DNA from: Bacteroidota bacterium
GTDB lineage: Bacteria > Bacteroidota > Bacteroidia > AKYH767-A > OLB10
Reading direction: 5' to 3'
Assembly (NCBI GenBank): GCA_046302815.1
Contig: JBKCHO010000014.1
Span: forward strand, 6,530-70,529
Length of the DNA: 64,000 nucleotides
This document shows, one piece after another, positions 27,922-38,166 of this stretch. How positions within the stretch are numbered: the first letter of the stretch is position 1; each line of letters begins with the position of its first letter. Position numbers and translations under genes: made by a program. A model generated the notes under the pieces. That model made no database searches and was not told the DNA's origin. It was given only the letters and a program-made list of their open reading frames with translations.

Positions 27922-30109
27922 CAGGCTTTTAAGCCGACAAATCCGCAAGCACTTACCGGATGATATGAAAGATCATCCTGCTTTGACTGAATTCTTGCAA
28001 GCGGTTAACGAATCATATCAAGCCTTCGAAAAAGATAAGGCTCTTGCTGAACGCGCTTTCAGCCTCAGTGAATCGGAATATATCGAAATCAATGAGAGAT
28101 TAAATAAAGAGTTGTTACTGAAAAGCCAATCGGCAAATTTGATTCGCGAAACGATCGGCATTTTAGGAGAAGACGAAATTACACCCACGGACGACATCGG
28201 CGCCCTGACCAACCAGTTGTACAGGCAGGCTGCCCTAGCCAGCCAAAACGATGAAATTATCAACTCACTGATAAGCTCCTACGGCACAGGCATCGTGTTT
28301 GAAAACCCCGAGGGCAAAATCATACTGGTGAACCAAACCTTTTGCGATTTGATGACACCAGGGCACACCTCTGCGGAGTTGATGTCGGACCAACAAATTG
28401 CCATCCTCACCAAGTTACGCGACTCGTTCGCAAATCCAGAATCGGTTATAGCCAACTCCATACAAATGCGCCAAGCCAAGACCATGGTCATTGGTGACAA
28501 CATCTTATTGAAAGACGGCCGGTTTATCGAGCGCAACTATATTCCGGTGCAATCAGATGAGGGTTTTAAAGGTCACCTTTGGGCATTCAACGATATCACT
28601 GAAAAAAAGAAATTGGAAGAAGCATTGATTCGTGAGAAAAACTTCACGGAGGGAATCTTAAACAACATCCCAGCTGATATTGCCGTGTTCGACATGGAGC
28701 ACAAATACCTTTTCGTGAACCCAACGGGTATCCGAGACGAGTTGATGAGAAAATGGATCATAGGCAAGGACGACTTCGACTATTGTAAGTTCAAAGGAAT
28801 TGGAACCGAATTGGCCCAAAAACGCAGAGATACCTTTAACACTGTCGTACAAAGTAAAAAATCCTTGGAATACCTTGATGAATTCAAGAAAAAAGATGGT
28901 GGTAATGTGTATGTGTATCGAAAGTTCTTCCCAGTAATGATCGAAAATGAAGTTAAGTATGTAATCGGTTATGGAGTGGATGTATCTACTGTTGTGGAGG
29001 CCGAAAGCAAAATCAAAAAGCAAAAGGCTTTCTACGAAAACATGTTGGACATGATGCCTATTGATGTTGGGGTGCTGGACAACCAATTCAGGTTTGTTTA
29101 CCTGAATAAAAAAGCCGTCAAGCGGGATGAAATAAGGGAATGGCTGATTGGAAAAACGGAAAACGACTTTGTAGAGAAGACCGGGAAAGGTGGAGAGTTA
29201 ACCGCCCGAAGGCTGCATATGATGCAACAGGCTGTTGATTCAGGACACATCCAGCAGTGGAGAGAAACCTACCGGGAAGGAGCCCTCGATGAACTGCATG
29301 TACTTAGGACCATTAGTCCATATACTGGATTGGACGAAGAAAAGTACCTACTTGCTACCGGGAGCGATGTAACGGCTATTGCACTTGCCGAGAAGGAGCT
29401 GAAGACAAAAAACGATGCATTGGAAAAAACCAATACGGAGCTTGATAGGTTTGTATACAGCACCTCTCATGATTTGCGGGCACCACTCACATCTGTGCTA
29501 GGTCTAATACGAATTATTGAAATGAATATTCCGCAGTCTGAAACTAAGCAGCATGACCGGATTCAAATGATGAAGCAATCGGTACGCAAACTGGATGATT
29601 TTATTGCGGAGATCTTAGATTATTCTAGAAATGCCAGGTCTGAAATAGCCAACGAACCGGTAGATGTACAAGCCATATTCAATGAGGTTTGCGATAACCT
29701 CAACTTTATGGAAGGCAGCGGAAACATGGAGATAAAACTAGAATTAGATTCCTCCCAAAAATTCTTCTCGGACAAAAGAAGGATCAAAGTCATTATTTCA
29801 AATTTGGTTTCGAATGCCATCAAATACCAGGACTTGAAAAAAGAGAGCCGTTTCGTGAAAGTCCGACTGAAATCCCTTCAAAAAGAAATGGAGCTTTGCG
29901 TTGAGGACAACGGAATTGGTATAACCCCCGAGAATCAAAAAAGGATATTCGAGATGTTTTACCGAGCCACCAGTCTATCCACAGGTTCCGGTCTGGGCTT
30001 GTATATCGTCAAAGAGACTATAGATAAGTTAGGGGGCTCTATTTCGGTTGAATCAACGCATGGGGAGGGCTCGCTTTTCAAAGTAAAAATCCCTAACTTT
30101 GGTATATGA
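27911..30109 (+). CDS. Cytoplasmic multi-PAS sensor histidine kinase
   Basis: Three PAS-like domains; H-box SHDLRAPL; NLVSNAIKY; EDNGIGI; GSGLGLYIV. Overlaps the FIST gene end. Confidence 0.93.
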   Translation: MSYNRLLSRQIRKHLPDDMKDHPALTEFLQAVNESYQAFEKDKALAERAFSLSESEYIEINERLNKELLLKSQSANLIRETIGILGEDEITPTDDIGALTNQLYRQAALASQNDEIINSLISSYGTGIVFENPEGKIILVNQTFCDLMTPGHTSAELMSDQQIAILTKLRDSFANPESVIANSIQMRQAKTMVIGDNILLKDGRFIERNYIPVQSDEGFKGHLWAFNDITEKKKLEEALIREKNFTEGILNNIPADIAVFDMEHKYLFVNPTGIRDELMRKWIIGKDDFDYCKFKGIGTELAQKRRDTFNTVVQSKKSLEYLDEFKKKDGGNVYVYRKFFPVMIENEVKYVIGYGVDVSTVVEAESKIKKQKAFYENMLDMMPIDVGVLDNQFRFVYLNKKAVKRDEIREWLIGKTENDFVEKTGKGGELTARRLHMMQQAVDSGHIQQWRETYREGALDELHVLRTISPYTGLDEEKYLLATGSDVTAIALAEKELKTKNDALEKTNTELDRFVYSTSHDLRAPLTSVLGLIRIIEMNIPQSETKQHDRIQMMKQSVRKLDDFIAEILDYSRNARSEIANEPVDVQAIFNEVCDNLNFMEGSGNMEIKLELDSSQKFFSDKRRIKVIISNLVSNAIKYQDLKKESRFVKVRLKSLQKEMELCVEDNGIGITPENQKRIFEMFYRATSLSTGSGLGLYIVKETIDKLGGSISVESTHGEGSLFKVKIPNFGI

Positions 30110-30504
30110 GTACGGCTGAAAAGGCAAAAGAGGTACATATCATCGATGACAACGACATCGACGCCTATATCTCCCAGCACTTGTTGGAAGAGCTCGGCGT
30201 ATCCGAAAAAATCACATGTAGTACCAATGGTCAGGATGCACTTGCTTATCTGAAATCATTGGGAGCGGAACAGCCTGATATCATTTTCTTGGATGTGAGA
30301 ATGCCTGTGATGAACGGCTTCGAATTCTTGGAAGCCTACACGAAAATGGTCCAGGGATATCAACAAAGACCCGCCATTTACATGCTTACCTCCTCAAGTG
30401 ATCCTTTTGATGTGGAGAAGGCCCGAGGTAATCCTATGGTGAAAAAATATTTTAGTAAGCCTTTGAGCCCTGAAATCATACAAGTAATCCTAGGTAACGC
30501 GTAA
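30106..30504 (+). CDS. Single-domain response regulator receiver
   Basis: IIDDNDID, IIFLDVRMP (phosphoacceptor Asp), LTSS and SKP. ATGA overlap with the kinase. Confidence 0.92.
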   Translation: MSTAEKAKEVHIIDDNDIDAYISQHLLEELGVSEKITCSTNGQDALAYLKSLGAEQPDIIFLDVRMPVMNGFEFLEAYTKMVQGYQQRPAIYMLTSSSDPFDVEKARGNPMVKKYFSKPLSPEIIQVILGNA

Positions 30505-30507
30505 AGG

Positions 30508-31533
30508 CTATCGCCCCTCGTAAATCGCCTTTGACAATTCCGATATTACAGATCTGAGATTGTCCCGGTTGTATCCCTTGGTCATAATGGTAACCAGATA
30601 ATGTCCGTTGGGTGCGTAAACGATTCCAGACTCATGCCATTGTTTTATCTCTTGCATTCCATACTCGCCGAACTTGCGAGGAACCAAAATATCCTTTGGA
30701 AGCAACTTGGTCAGTCCTTCGTTGAAAGAGCTTTCGGCCAGTAAAGACAATACGGCTTCCGAATTCCGCTCATTGAGCCAGGTTCCATTATATAAAACAT
30801 GCAAAAACTTTGAATAGTCTATCACATTAGATGTGTACGACAGGTCATGCATATCTGGAATGGGTTGGTCTAATTCACGGTATAATTTGTGCAACGATTC
30901 ATAATCTATTTGGTAGTTGATAAGAGAAGTACTGTAATTATCCGAATCTTTAAGCACTCTACGAATAAGCTCCGACATGGAATAGGATTGTCCAGGTTTG
31001 ATGGGATCCACCTCAAATGTTTGACTAGGTACTCCCTGCATCGATGGATCAAAAAAGATTTTCCTGTCCATTACTCCTGGACTTTTTTCATCCAGCTTAA
31101 AAAAACTCATGCAAACCGGAAGCTTTATCAGGCTTCCTGGTGTATAAGGTTCGTTGCCATTAATGGCAAACCAAGCACCCGATTTCAGATCCATGTAATA
31201 AACGGAAGCAGCGGAAGTCGTTCTTTGGGCGTTATAGCCCGAAATCATAGCATTGATCTTGCTTTTCAAGCCATCCAACTGTTGAGATTCACCTCTTGGA
31301 TCAGTCAAAAGCAACTTGTTCACCAACTTGTTGCTGGGAGATCGCAACACTCGGATGTTGTTCTCTGAAGTCGTAGCACGATCCTGGCTGGGACTGGTTT
31401 CATGGGCCCCGGACTCGCAAGCACTAAATGAAAAGGCTAAAATGAAAAGGAATCCTGTGAGTAATCGGTAAGCACCCTTTTTGAAGGGCAGTAAACACTT
31501 TTGGTTCATGTCTGTAAGTATGTTGATGATCAC
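30508..31533 (-). CDS. Class A beta-lactamase-like serine hydrolase, predicted lipoprotein
   Basis: SxxK (GSLIK), SDN and KFG at the KTG position; HESGIVY; lipobox-like FSAC. Confidence 0.78.
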   Translation of the reverse strand: MIINILTDMNQKCLLPFKKGAYRLLTGFLFILAFSFSACESGAHETSPSQDRATTSENNIRVLRSPSNKLVNKLLLTDPRGESQQLDGLKSKINAMISGYNAQRTTSAASVYYMDLKSGAWFAINGNEPYTPGSLIKLPVCMSFFKLDEKSPGVMDRKIFFDPSMQGVPSQTFEVDPIKPGQSYSMSELIRRVLKDSDNYSTSLINYQIDYESLHKLYRELDQPIPDMHDLSYTSNVIDYSKFLHVLYNGTWLNERNSEAVLSLLAESSFNEGLTKLLPKDILVPRKFGEYGMQEIKQWHESGIVYAPNGHYLVTIMTKGYNRDNLRSVISELSKAIYEGR

Positions 31534-31588
31534 AATTCATTACAGACTTGTTGGCTAGATGTTGCAAATATACAAAAAAGTTGATTTC

Positions 31589-33217
31589 CTATTTGGAGGC
31601 TGAAACCTGCAGGGCTTTTTTAAACATGGGGTCGGACTGCAACCAGACCGGATAAAATCCCTCGCCCCTGAAAAGTTGTCTTGAAATTTGTGCCTTTATC
31701 TGGTTTTTCAAATAGGGTGCAGCACCCGTAATCTCCTCGGGCTTGAATGATGCGTCTGACAATTTTGGCACCGATCTTGTGAATGAGGTATAGATGGCAT
31801 CCGTAACGGCGAATCCTTTGATAAACGCATCAACATCCTTAAACTTTTGAAGTTGCGCTCTTTCGCTATCCACGAACATATAAACGAAATCAGATACGGC
31901 CCCTCCGGCAAGTGAGGCGATTAGGAAACTATTATCGTTGTCTGTGGTATCTATTGGTACAAAAACATCAGGCATAATTCCACCACCACCATAAACGATT
32001 TTTCCTCCCGGTGTAGTGTATTTTAGTGAGTCGGGGAAACGAATCGAATCCGGATTCAATAATTCACTATGACCAACTCGGTCGTTCAACTCCATGTTAT
32101 AGCTTTCCACACCATCCTCGTAAGGCTTTTGAATACTTCGACCTGTAGGTGTGAAATATCGGGCGATGGTTAACCGTATGGCAGAGCCATCTGGTAGAAG
32201 CGTTTGTTCTTGGACAAGCCCTTTCCCAAAAGACCTTCTGCCGATGATGGTGCCACGATCCCAATCCTGCAATGCACCTGACAAAACCTCCGATGCAGAA
32301 GCAGAACCTTCATCTATCATGACCACAACGGGAGTAGATTCGAATAGTCCTCCCGAAGTAGAAGTGTAATCTGTTCGTGGCCTCGATTTTCCCTGTGTGT
32401 AAACAATCGATTTGCCCTCCGATATGAACTCATCGGCGATTTTTGTGGCTGCATCCAAGTAACCACCAGGGTTTCCCCTCAGGTCGATGATGATACGCTT
32501 CATTCCTGATGATTTCAATTTGGTTGAAGCTTTTATGAACTCATCATAGGTGGTGGCGGCAAACCTACTGATTCGCACATATCCCGTTTCCTTGTCAACC
32601 ATAAAGGAGGCGTCCAGTGAGTAGATAGGAATCCTACCCCGGGTGATGGTAAAATCCAAAAGCCTAGGAGAGCCTCGTCTGTAAACCTTAACCTTCACTT
32701 TGGTTCCTCCCTGTCCGCGCAGTTTCTTCATCACATCGTTATTGGTGATACCTATGCCAGCAACCAATGTGTCATTTACTTTAACGATGCGATCTCCAGA
32801 GCGGATACCCACATTCTCGGAAGGGCCGCCGGCGATGGCACTCACCACCATGATCGTGTCATCCTGTATATGGAACTCCACTCCAATTCCTTCAAAATTT
32901 CCTTCGAGAGGCTCGTTGGCCGCATTGAAATCAGATGCAGTAATGTAAGTAGAATGCGGATCGAGGGACTGAAGCATTTTGTCAATTGACATATCGGTGA
33001 GCTTTTCCTTGTCAACCGTATCTACATACTCCTGCTCGATGTAAGAAATGATATCATTGATCTTGTTGAACCCATTGGGGCCGATGGAAAAAAAAGAGGA
33101 TTCACCTGCGGTGGGTGATTGCAATCTGGTACCGATATAAATACCTACACAAAGTACCAAGGCAAAAGCCAAAGGCATAAAGGCGTACTTCTTGGAAGGC
33201 TTGTTGGATTCCATCAT
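31589..33217 (-). CDS. S41 family C-terminal processing peptidase (CtpA/Prc)
   Basis: LDPHS, PDZ domain (GIGVEF), IDLRGNPGG, SASASE and FGKGLVQ. Confidence 0.93.
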   Translation of the reverse strand: MMESNKPSKKYAFMPLAFALVLCVGIYIGTRLQSPTAGESSFFSIGPNGFNKINDIISYIEQEYVDTVDKEKLTDMSIDKMLQSLDPHSTYITASDFNAANEPLEGNFEGIGVEFHIQDDTIMVVSAIAGGPSENVGIRSGDRIVKVNDTLVAGIGITNNDVMKKLRGQGGTKVKVKVYRRGSPRLLDFTITRGRIPIYSLDASFMVDKETGYVRISRFAATTYDEFIKASTKLKSSGMKRIIIDLRGNPGGYLDAATKIADEFISEGKSIVYTQGKSRPRTDYTSTSGGLFESTPVVVMIDEGSASASEVLSGALQDWDRGTIIGRRSFGKGLVQEQTLLPDGSAIRLTIARYFTPTGRSIQKPYEDGVESYNMELNDRVGHSELLNPDSIRFPDSLKYTTPGGKIVYGGGGIMPDVFVPIDTTDNDNSFLIASLAGGAVSDFVYMFVDSERAQLQKFKDVDAFIKGFAVTDAIYTSFTRSVPKLSDASFKPEEITGAAPYLKNQIKAQISRQLFRGEGFYPVWLQSDPMFKKALQVSASK

Positions 33218-33224
33218 GTCAACA

Positions 33225-33686
33225 TTAAACCGCGGACTGGTATTTCACCACCTCCACATTGAATTTTCGAAGGAATTCTACCCCCTCATCCGTTTCTATA
33301 CCCTTGTACTCAGCATAGGAGTTCAAAAAAACCACTTTACGGATTCCTGTTGTAAAAATAACTCTGGCACATGCAAGACAAGGGGAGAGCGTCACATACA
33401 ATGTAGCTCCTTCGATTTGAAGGTTGTTTTTTGCAGCGTAAAGGATTGCGTTTTCCTCAGCGTGAATAGCAAGCGAACAGCCTCCTTTGCGATCACGGGC
33501 ACAACCTGTTTCAGGCCACTCTTGATCGCAGTTGTGCGTTCCGGCCGGAGGGCCATTGTATCCAAGGGAAATGATCCTGGTATCCTTGGTCAAAACAGCG
33601 CCCACGCTGATCTTCACACAATGGGAGCGTGAAGCTAGCTTTTGGGCCAACTCCATATATATGTCGTCGAAAGTGGGCTTATTCAT
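33225..33686 (-). CDS. dCMP deaminase family protein
   Basis: LGYNGPP, HAEENAI and SPCLAC (Zn ligands). Confidence 0.9.
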   Translation of the reverse strand: MNKPTFDDIYMELAQKLASRSHCVKISVGAVLTKDTRIISLGYNGPPAGTHNCDQEWPETGCARDRKGGCSLAIHAEENAILYAAKNNLQIEGATLYVTLSPCLACARVIFTTGIRKVVFLNSYAEYKGIETDEGVEFLRKFNVEVVKYQSAV

Positions 33687-33785
33687 GGGAACACAAAAAT
33701 AAGAATAGATTATTCAGTCTAAGTTGCTCATCGCACGACAAGTGTCATAGATCTTTGAAGTAGCTTTATATATATTTACCGTCTT

Positions 33786-35570
33786 ATGCGACTCAAGGCA
33801 TTGGTATTCATGTGGATGGTAGGTGTGCCTGCTGTTGCTTTCGCGCAAAGTGACACAAGCAACTCGGCCTTATTTTACCAGAAATTGCAACGAAGGGCTG
33901 AAAGCAAGAAGCTAACATTCTTCCTATATAAGGTTTTTTTCAATGTCCCAAACGAAGAGGACCTTGATTCTTTGGTCAAAGAAACACGCAATTATGAGGG
34001 AAAGTTCATCCGCAAGGTGATTATACGCACACGCGAACCTTTTGGCACTTCATTAAGTGATTCGATTGAAAAATCGAGAAGTATATTCCAAAAAACAGCA
34101 AATGCTCTTCATTTCAGAACCAGAGTAAAAGCCATTGACAATTTATTGCTTTTTAGCGAAGGTCAGGAACTTGATGCACTGGAACTGGAGGAAACCGAGA
34201 GATTGATTCGCACATCCGGGTTCATAAGGGATGTCAAAATCCAGGTTGTTGATGTAAATAAAGACTCCGTAGATGTTTTCGTGGATACGCGTGATTTGTG
34301 GACCTTCAAAACTTCAGCCACGGTTTCGAGTTCAAGCACTAGATGGAAATTCACAGGATATAATTTATTTGGGATGGGGCATCGCATGAGCAATGAATTC
34401 AAGTGGTTCAATAGCAATTCGAATTTGCTGTCTCCAGAATGGTCTGGATATTATTTGATACCTTCCCTAGCTGGATCCTTTGCATCTGCAAAATTGGATT
34501 ACCAAATAATAGGTGAGAATAGAAGCATAGGATTATTTGTAGACCGCCCTTTCATCACCTCGTTCGCTGAATGGGCCGGAGGCGCCCATGTGACCAGGTA
34601 TTTTAAAAATGAGACCATAAGAATTACTGCATCCAAATCAGAACCGTTTAAAAAAGAAGGTTTCAGTTATGGTGGATGGATTGGTCGATCGATTATGCTG
34701 AAGAAAGGTGAAACCAAAGAGCAAAGGTCGACTCGAATAGCGGTTGCGGGGTCTATTAGTGTGGATGAGTGCAGCCGTTTGACCACCGCCGATCAAACTA
34801 CATCTGAGTTGCTAGCTACAACTAAAACTTATCTGATTTCGACTGGGTATTCCAATAGAAAATATATCGAAGATCAATATATCTTTCAGTTCGGAGAGCA
34901 GGAGGATGTTCCTTCAGGAAGAAAGTTGCAAATCACTTCAGGTTTTGAACAAAAATCGTCGGGGCATAGGCCCTACCTAGGTGCCACACTTGGTATCGGA
35001 GGTTATGTTGCCAACCAATTTTTTTTGGCACAGCAACTCGATGCAGGAACATTCATAAAATCTGGAGAATACCAGGATGCCATGTTGCGATGGCGCACTT
35101 TTTGGTATTCGCCTTTGATCGAAGTAGGCGAATGGAAATTACGACTGTTTGGTGAAATGAACTATGCTAAATACTTGAATCAAACCAAATATCAGCCATT
35201 GAATTTGCAACAGGACAAGTTGTTGCCCGGCTACAAGTACAATTCCCCGGAGGGACTAGAAAGGTTGGCAGCAAACATAACTCTAACCATTTTCAATCCG
35301 GTTGACTGGCTGGGATTCCGATTTACTCCACTGCTTTATGGAGCCGCAGGAATTATTGGAGATGGCGTAAACCCATTATCACGATCGAATTTGCTTGGAG
35401 TTTGGGGTTTGGGTTTAGCTATTTCAAACAAGTTCTTGGCGCAATCGGATTTCAAATTGGTATTGGCGTTTTTCCCAAACCAAACAGATTCATACCGTAT
35501 TGGTTCTATTAGTGCCTGGGAGTACGAATTCCGTGATTACGAATTTTCGAGACCTGAAGTGGTTTTTTAA
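33786..35570 (+). CDS. Outer membrane protein with POTRA-like region and beta-barrel (BamA/TamA-like)
   Basis: Signal peptide; LLFSEGQELD...EETERLIRT.GFIRDV..V...D.W POTRA-like pattern; aromatic-rich barrel ending in F. Confidence 0.6.
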   Translation: MRLKALVFMWMVGVPAVAFAQSDTSNSALFYQKLQRRAESKKLTFFLYKVFFNVPNEEDLDSLVKETRNYEGKFIRKVIIRTREPFGTSLSDSIEKSRSIFQKTANALHFRTRVKAIDNLLLFSEGQELDALELEETERLIRTSGFIRDVKIQVVDVNKDSVDVFVDTRDLWTFKTSATVSSSSTRWKFTGYNLFGMGHRMSNEFKWFNSNSNLLSPEWSGYYLIPSLAGSFASAKLDYQIIGENRSIGLFVDRPFITSFAEWAGGAHVTRYFKNETIRITASKSEPFKKEGFSYGGWIGRSIMLKKGETKEQRSTRIAVAGSISVDECSRLTTADQTTSELLATTKTYLISTGYSNRKYIEDQYIFQFGEQEDVPSGRKLQITSGFEQKSSGHRPYLGATLGIGGYVANQFFLAQQLDAGTFIKSGEYQDAMLRWRTFWYSPLIEVGEWKLRLFGEMNYAKYLNQTKYQPLNLQQDKLLPGYKYNSPEGLERLAANITLTIFNPVDWLGFRFTPLLYGAAGIIGDGVNPLSRSNLLGVWGLGLAISNKFLAQSDFKLVLAFFPNQTDSYRIGSISAWEYEFRDYEFSRPEVVF

Positions 35571-35615
35571 TTGGTAAAAACTATTTTTACCTTGAATAAC
35601 ACATCCTGTCACAAA

Positions 35616-37373
35616 ATGAAAATCCGTTTCTACCTCTTTTTAACTTACTCTTTATTGTTGGGGTTTTCGCAGGAGTCGAAATCGCAATGCATTCCAAACA
35701 CCACTTACTCGGGAGCAGGAATTTATCCCGATAGCCTTCCCGATGCCACTGCCGGTGTTACTTACGATCAGGATGTAACCTTCGTGATGCTCACAGACAC
35801 TCTGGGTTTGACTATTTTTGATTACCAGATAACCAATATCTCCGGGCTACCCATCGGCTTAAACTGGCAATGCAACAGCTTCCAAAACGGATGTGTGTAC
35901 GACCCGGCTGTAAACCTTTATGGCTGTGTGAAAATAAGTGGCACCCCGGTGGTTCCCGGCACCTTCACATTCACTGTAACAGTTGTGGCAGATGTTCAAC
36001 TGGCAGGACTACAGACCATCAATTTCGACAGACCATTAACCGTGTTGCCATCCAATGTTTCAAATCCCGGCTTCTCCATGACCAATAATGTTGGGTGCGC
36101 TCCTCTGAGTGTTTCATTCACCAACAATAATCCTGGGCAGGCCGCTTATTCTTGGGATTTTGGAAACGGTTTGCAGAGCAATGTCGAAAATCCACCCTCT
36201 CAAAATTATTCCACTCCAGGAACCTATGTGGTTACGCAAACCGTGACTCCAAATACCACACCCGACTACTACTTGACGAATGTTACTGTTTCCGGGATTC
36301 CCAACAATTACGGGGGGCCTATAGACGATCCCGACCCATACTTCCTGTTGTATGATCCGAGTGGAAGTCAGATTTACGATTCCAGGCCGGCATTAAACGG
36401 TGTCTTCCCTCCTATATCTTGGAACACACCCAACATACAATTAGCCAACGGAAATTATACAGTTCATGTTTGGGATGAAGATGGCGGTTTATTCGGAGGA
36501 GATGACGACTTAGGTGTTATTTCCTTTGCAGGACATGGAAATTCGGGAACGGCTACTGGAACTGTTGGAGGAGCATCGGGAACCTTGGTTGTGAACTATA
36601 CTATTTTTCAAACTCCCGTAGTGCCTTTGGTTGCCACCGACACCATACAGGTTTTTGCAACTCCTCCTCCGGCAAACATCGTTCCTAGTGGACCAACCAC
36701 CATTTGCGAAGGGGATTCTTTGAGCCTTTCTGTACCAGACACATCCAACAACATCCAATGGTACGAAAACGGTTCGCTGTTGGTCGGGACTACCGGCAAC
36801 ATTTTAGTTCCACTGACTTCAGGTAGTTATTCGGCTATCGCCACCTCCCCACAAGGGTGCACAGCCGGATCTAATGTATTAGCTGTAAACATCAATCCTC
36901 TTCCTACTAAACCAACCTTCTTTATCAATGGAAACACCTTCACAACAGGAGTTGCAGGATTGTCGTTGCAATGGTTTTTGAATGGAAGTCCCATCCCAGG
37001 CGCCAATTCCATTTCATATACTGCAACAGTTGGTGGCACCTATTTGCTCTGCGGAACAGATGTAAATGGCTGTGTGAACTGTAGCGACTCATTGGTGTTT
37101 TCCGGTGTTGGAATCAGTGAGTTGAAAGGAAATTCTTTTCAACTCTTTCCTAATCCCAGCAATGGAGAATTTTCCATTCTATGGAATGGTCCTTTGAAAT
37201 CAGAACCCATGCTCATTCAAATTAGCGACCTAACCGGAAGAATTGTTCATTCGGAAACACAAACAACCTCTTCCTCCATTTGGCTAAATACCAACCTTAG
37301 CCAAGGAACCTATATGGTTACCCTATCAATGAATGGCTTAACATCGAGGAGTAAATTAGTAGTTAAAAAATAG
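35616..37373 (+). CDS. T9SS cargo protein with PKD, C2-like and Ig-like domains; start MKIRFY
   Basis: Signal peptide; GCAPLSVSFTN..WDFGNG (PKD); DPDPYF..VWDED..DDDLG; CTD FPNPSNG..DLTGRIV..GTYMV. Confidence 0.8.
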   Translation: MKIRFYLFLTYSLLLGFSQESKSQCIPNTTYSGAGIYPDSLPDATAGVTYDQDVTFVMLTDTLGLTIFDYQITNISGLPIGLNWQCNSFQNGCVYDPAVNLYGCVKISGTPVVPGTFTFTVTVVADVQLAGLQTINFDRPLTVLPSNVSNPGFSMTNNVGCAPLSVSFTNNNPGQAAYSWDFGNGLQSNVENPPSQNYSTPGTYVVTQTVTPNTTPDYYLTNVTVSGIPNNYGGPIDDPDPYFLLYDPSGSQIYDSRPALNGVFPPISWNTPNIQLANGNYTVHVWDEDGGLFGGDDDLGVISFAGHGNSGTATGTVGGASGTLVVNYTIFQTPVVPLVATDTIQVFATPPPANIVPSGPTTICEGDSLSLSVPDTSNNIQWYENGSLLVGTTGNILVPLTSGSYSAIATSPQGCTAGSNVLAVNINPLPTKPTFFINGNTFTTGVAGLSLQWFLNGSPIPGANSISYTATVGGTYLLCGTDVNGCVNCSDSLVFSGVGISELKGNSFQLFPNPSNGEFSILWNGPLKSEPMLIQISDLTGRIVHSETQTTSSSIWLNTNLSQGTYMVTLSMNGLTSRSKLVVKK

Positions 37374-37379
37374 CGCCCC

Positions 37380-37802
37380 ATGGCTGAGAATGAAATTCCC
37401 AATGCGAGCACAGGATTCATCATTCCAGATTATTTCTACCGTGTAATTGTTTTTACTTTTCTCCACGATCCTGCGAGTGGCGAATTCTTACCCGATATGC
37501 AAGAGGAGGAGTTCAAATCAGAAAACTTGCTGGAAAGCAAAGAACGAGCGCTAAGGTATTTCATGGATGTGGTCACAACGCTTCTGAAAGATGGCAAGTA
37601 CATACTGCCTTACAAAGGAGAAATCGATTGGCATAAATGCATTCCGGAGGGATATAAAGTTTGCTTGTCATTGATTTGCACAAAACCAGATGGTTCCGAA
37701 GATGATTATATGCTGATTGGAGGCTCCGATGAGGAAATGGCGGACGCACGGATGGAGGAAGAAATTACCATGGTGATTTACAGAAAGTCCGGGAGGATGT
37801 GA
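37380..37802 (+). CDS. Hypothetical acidic protein
   Basis: 140-aa ORF starting 6 nt after the upstream gene; no recognisable motif. Confidence 0.55.
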   Translation: MAENEIPNASTGFIIPDYFYRVIVFTFLHDPASGEFLPDMQEEEFKSENLLESKERALRYFMDVVTTLLKDGKYILPYKGEIDWHKCIPEGYKVCLSLICTKPDGSEDDYMLIGGSDEEMADARMEEEITMVIYRKSGRM

Positions 37803-37866
37803 TGAGCCTAATGACACACATTTGCCATAACCTGTTCTGATTTTTATTACCTTCGCATTCCTGTTT

Positions 37867-37950
37867 GCCCGGGTGGCGGAATTGGTAGACGCGCTGGTCT
37901 CAAACACCAGTGATAGCAATATCGTATCGGTTCGACCCCGATCCCGGGTA
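37867..37950 (+). tRNA. tRNA-Leu(CAA)
   Basis: Acceptor stem GCCCGGG/CCCGGGT plus discriminator A; D-loop GGAATTGGTAGAC; anticodon arm CTGGT-CTCAAAC-ACCAG; long variable arm; T-arm ATCGG-TTCGACC-CCGAT. CCA is not encoded. Confidence 0.96.
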
Positions 37951-37957
37951 CTCAAAT

Positions 37958-37985
37958 AAAGCCATGGAATTCCATGGCTTTTTTG
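37958..37985 (+). terminator. Terminator after the tRNA
   Basis: AAAGCCATGG-AATT-CCATGGCTTT followed by a T tract. Confidence 0.8.
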
Positions 37986-38166
37986 TTGCCATCCCCACGC
38001 AATCGGCCTCGCCCATGTAACTCCAAGGTTCATCTTTCCGTTCAAAAAAATGTCGAAAAATTTCTTGTTCATTTGGTTCAACCTGCCTATTTTTCAAAAA
38101 ACAATTTGATAGAGCACTTTTTTGTTGCAAACAATTGGAAATAACGCTTATAGTATACTGCGTGTA

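Noticed and set aside
37867-38166. tRNA-Leu as a possible integration site for an island containing the large T9SS gene
   Set aside because: No integrase and no repeat of the tRNA 3' end appear in the window, and the downstream gene looks native.
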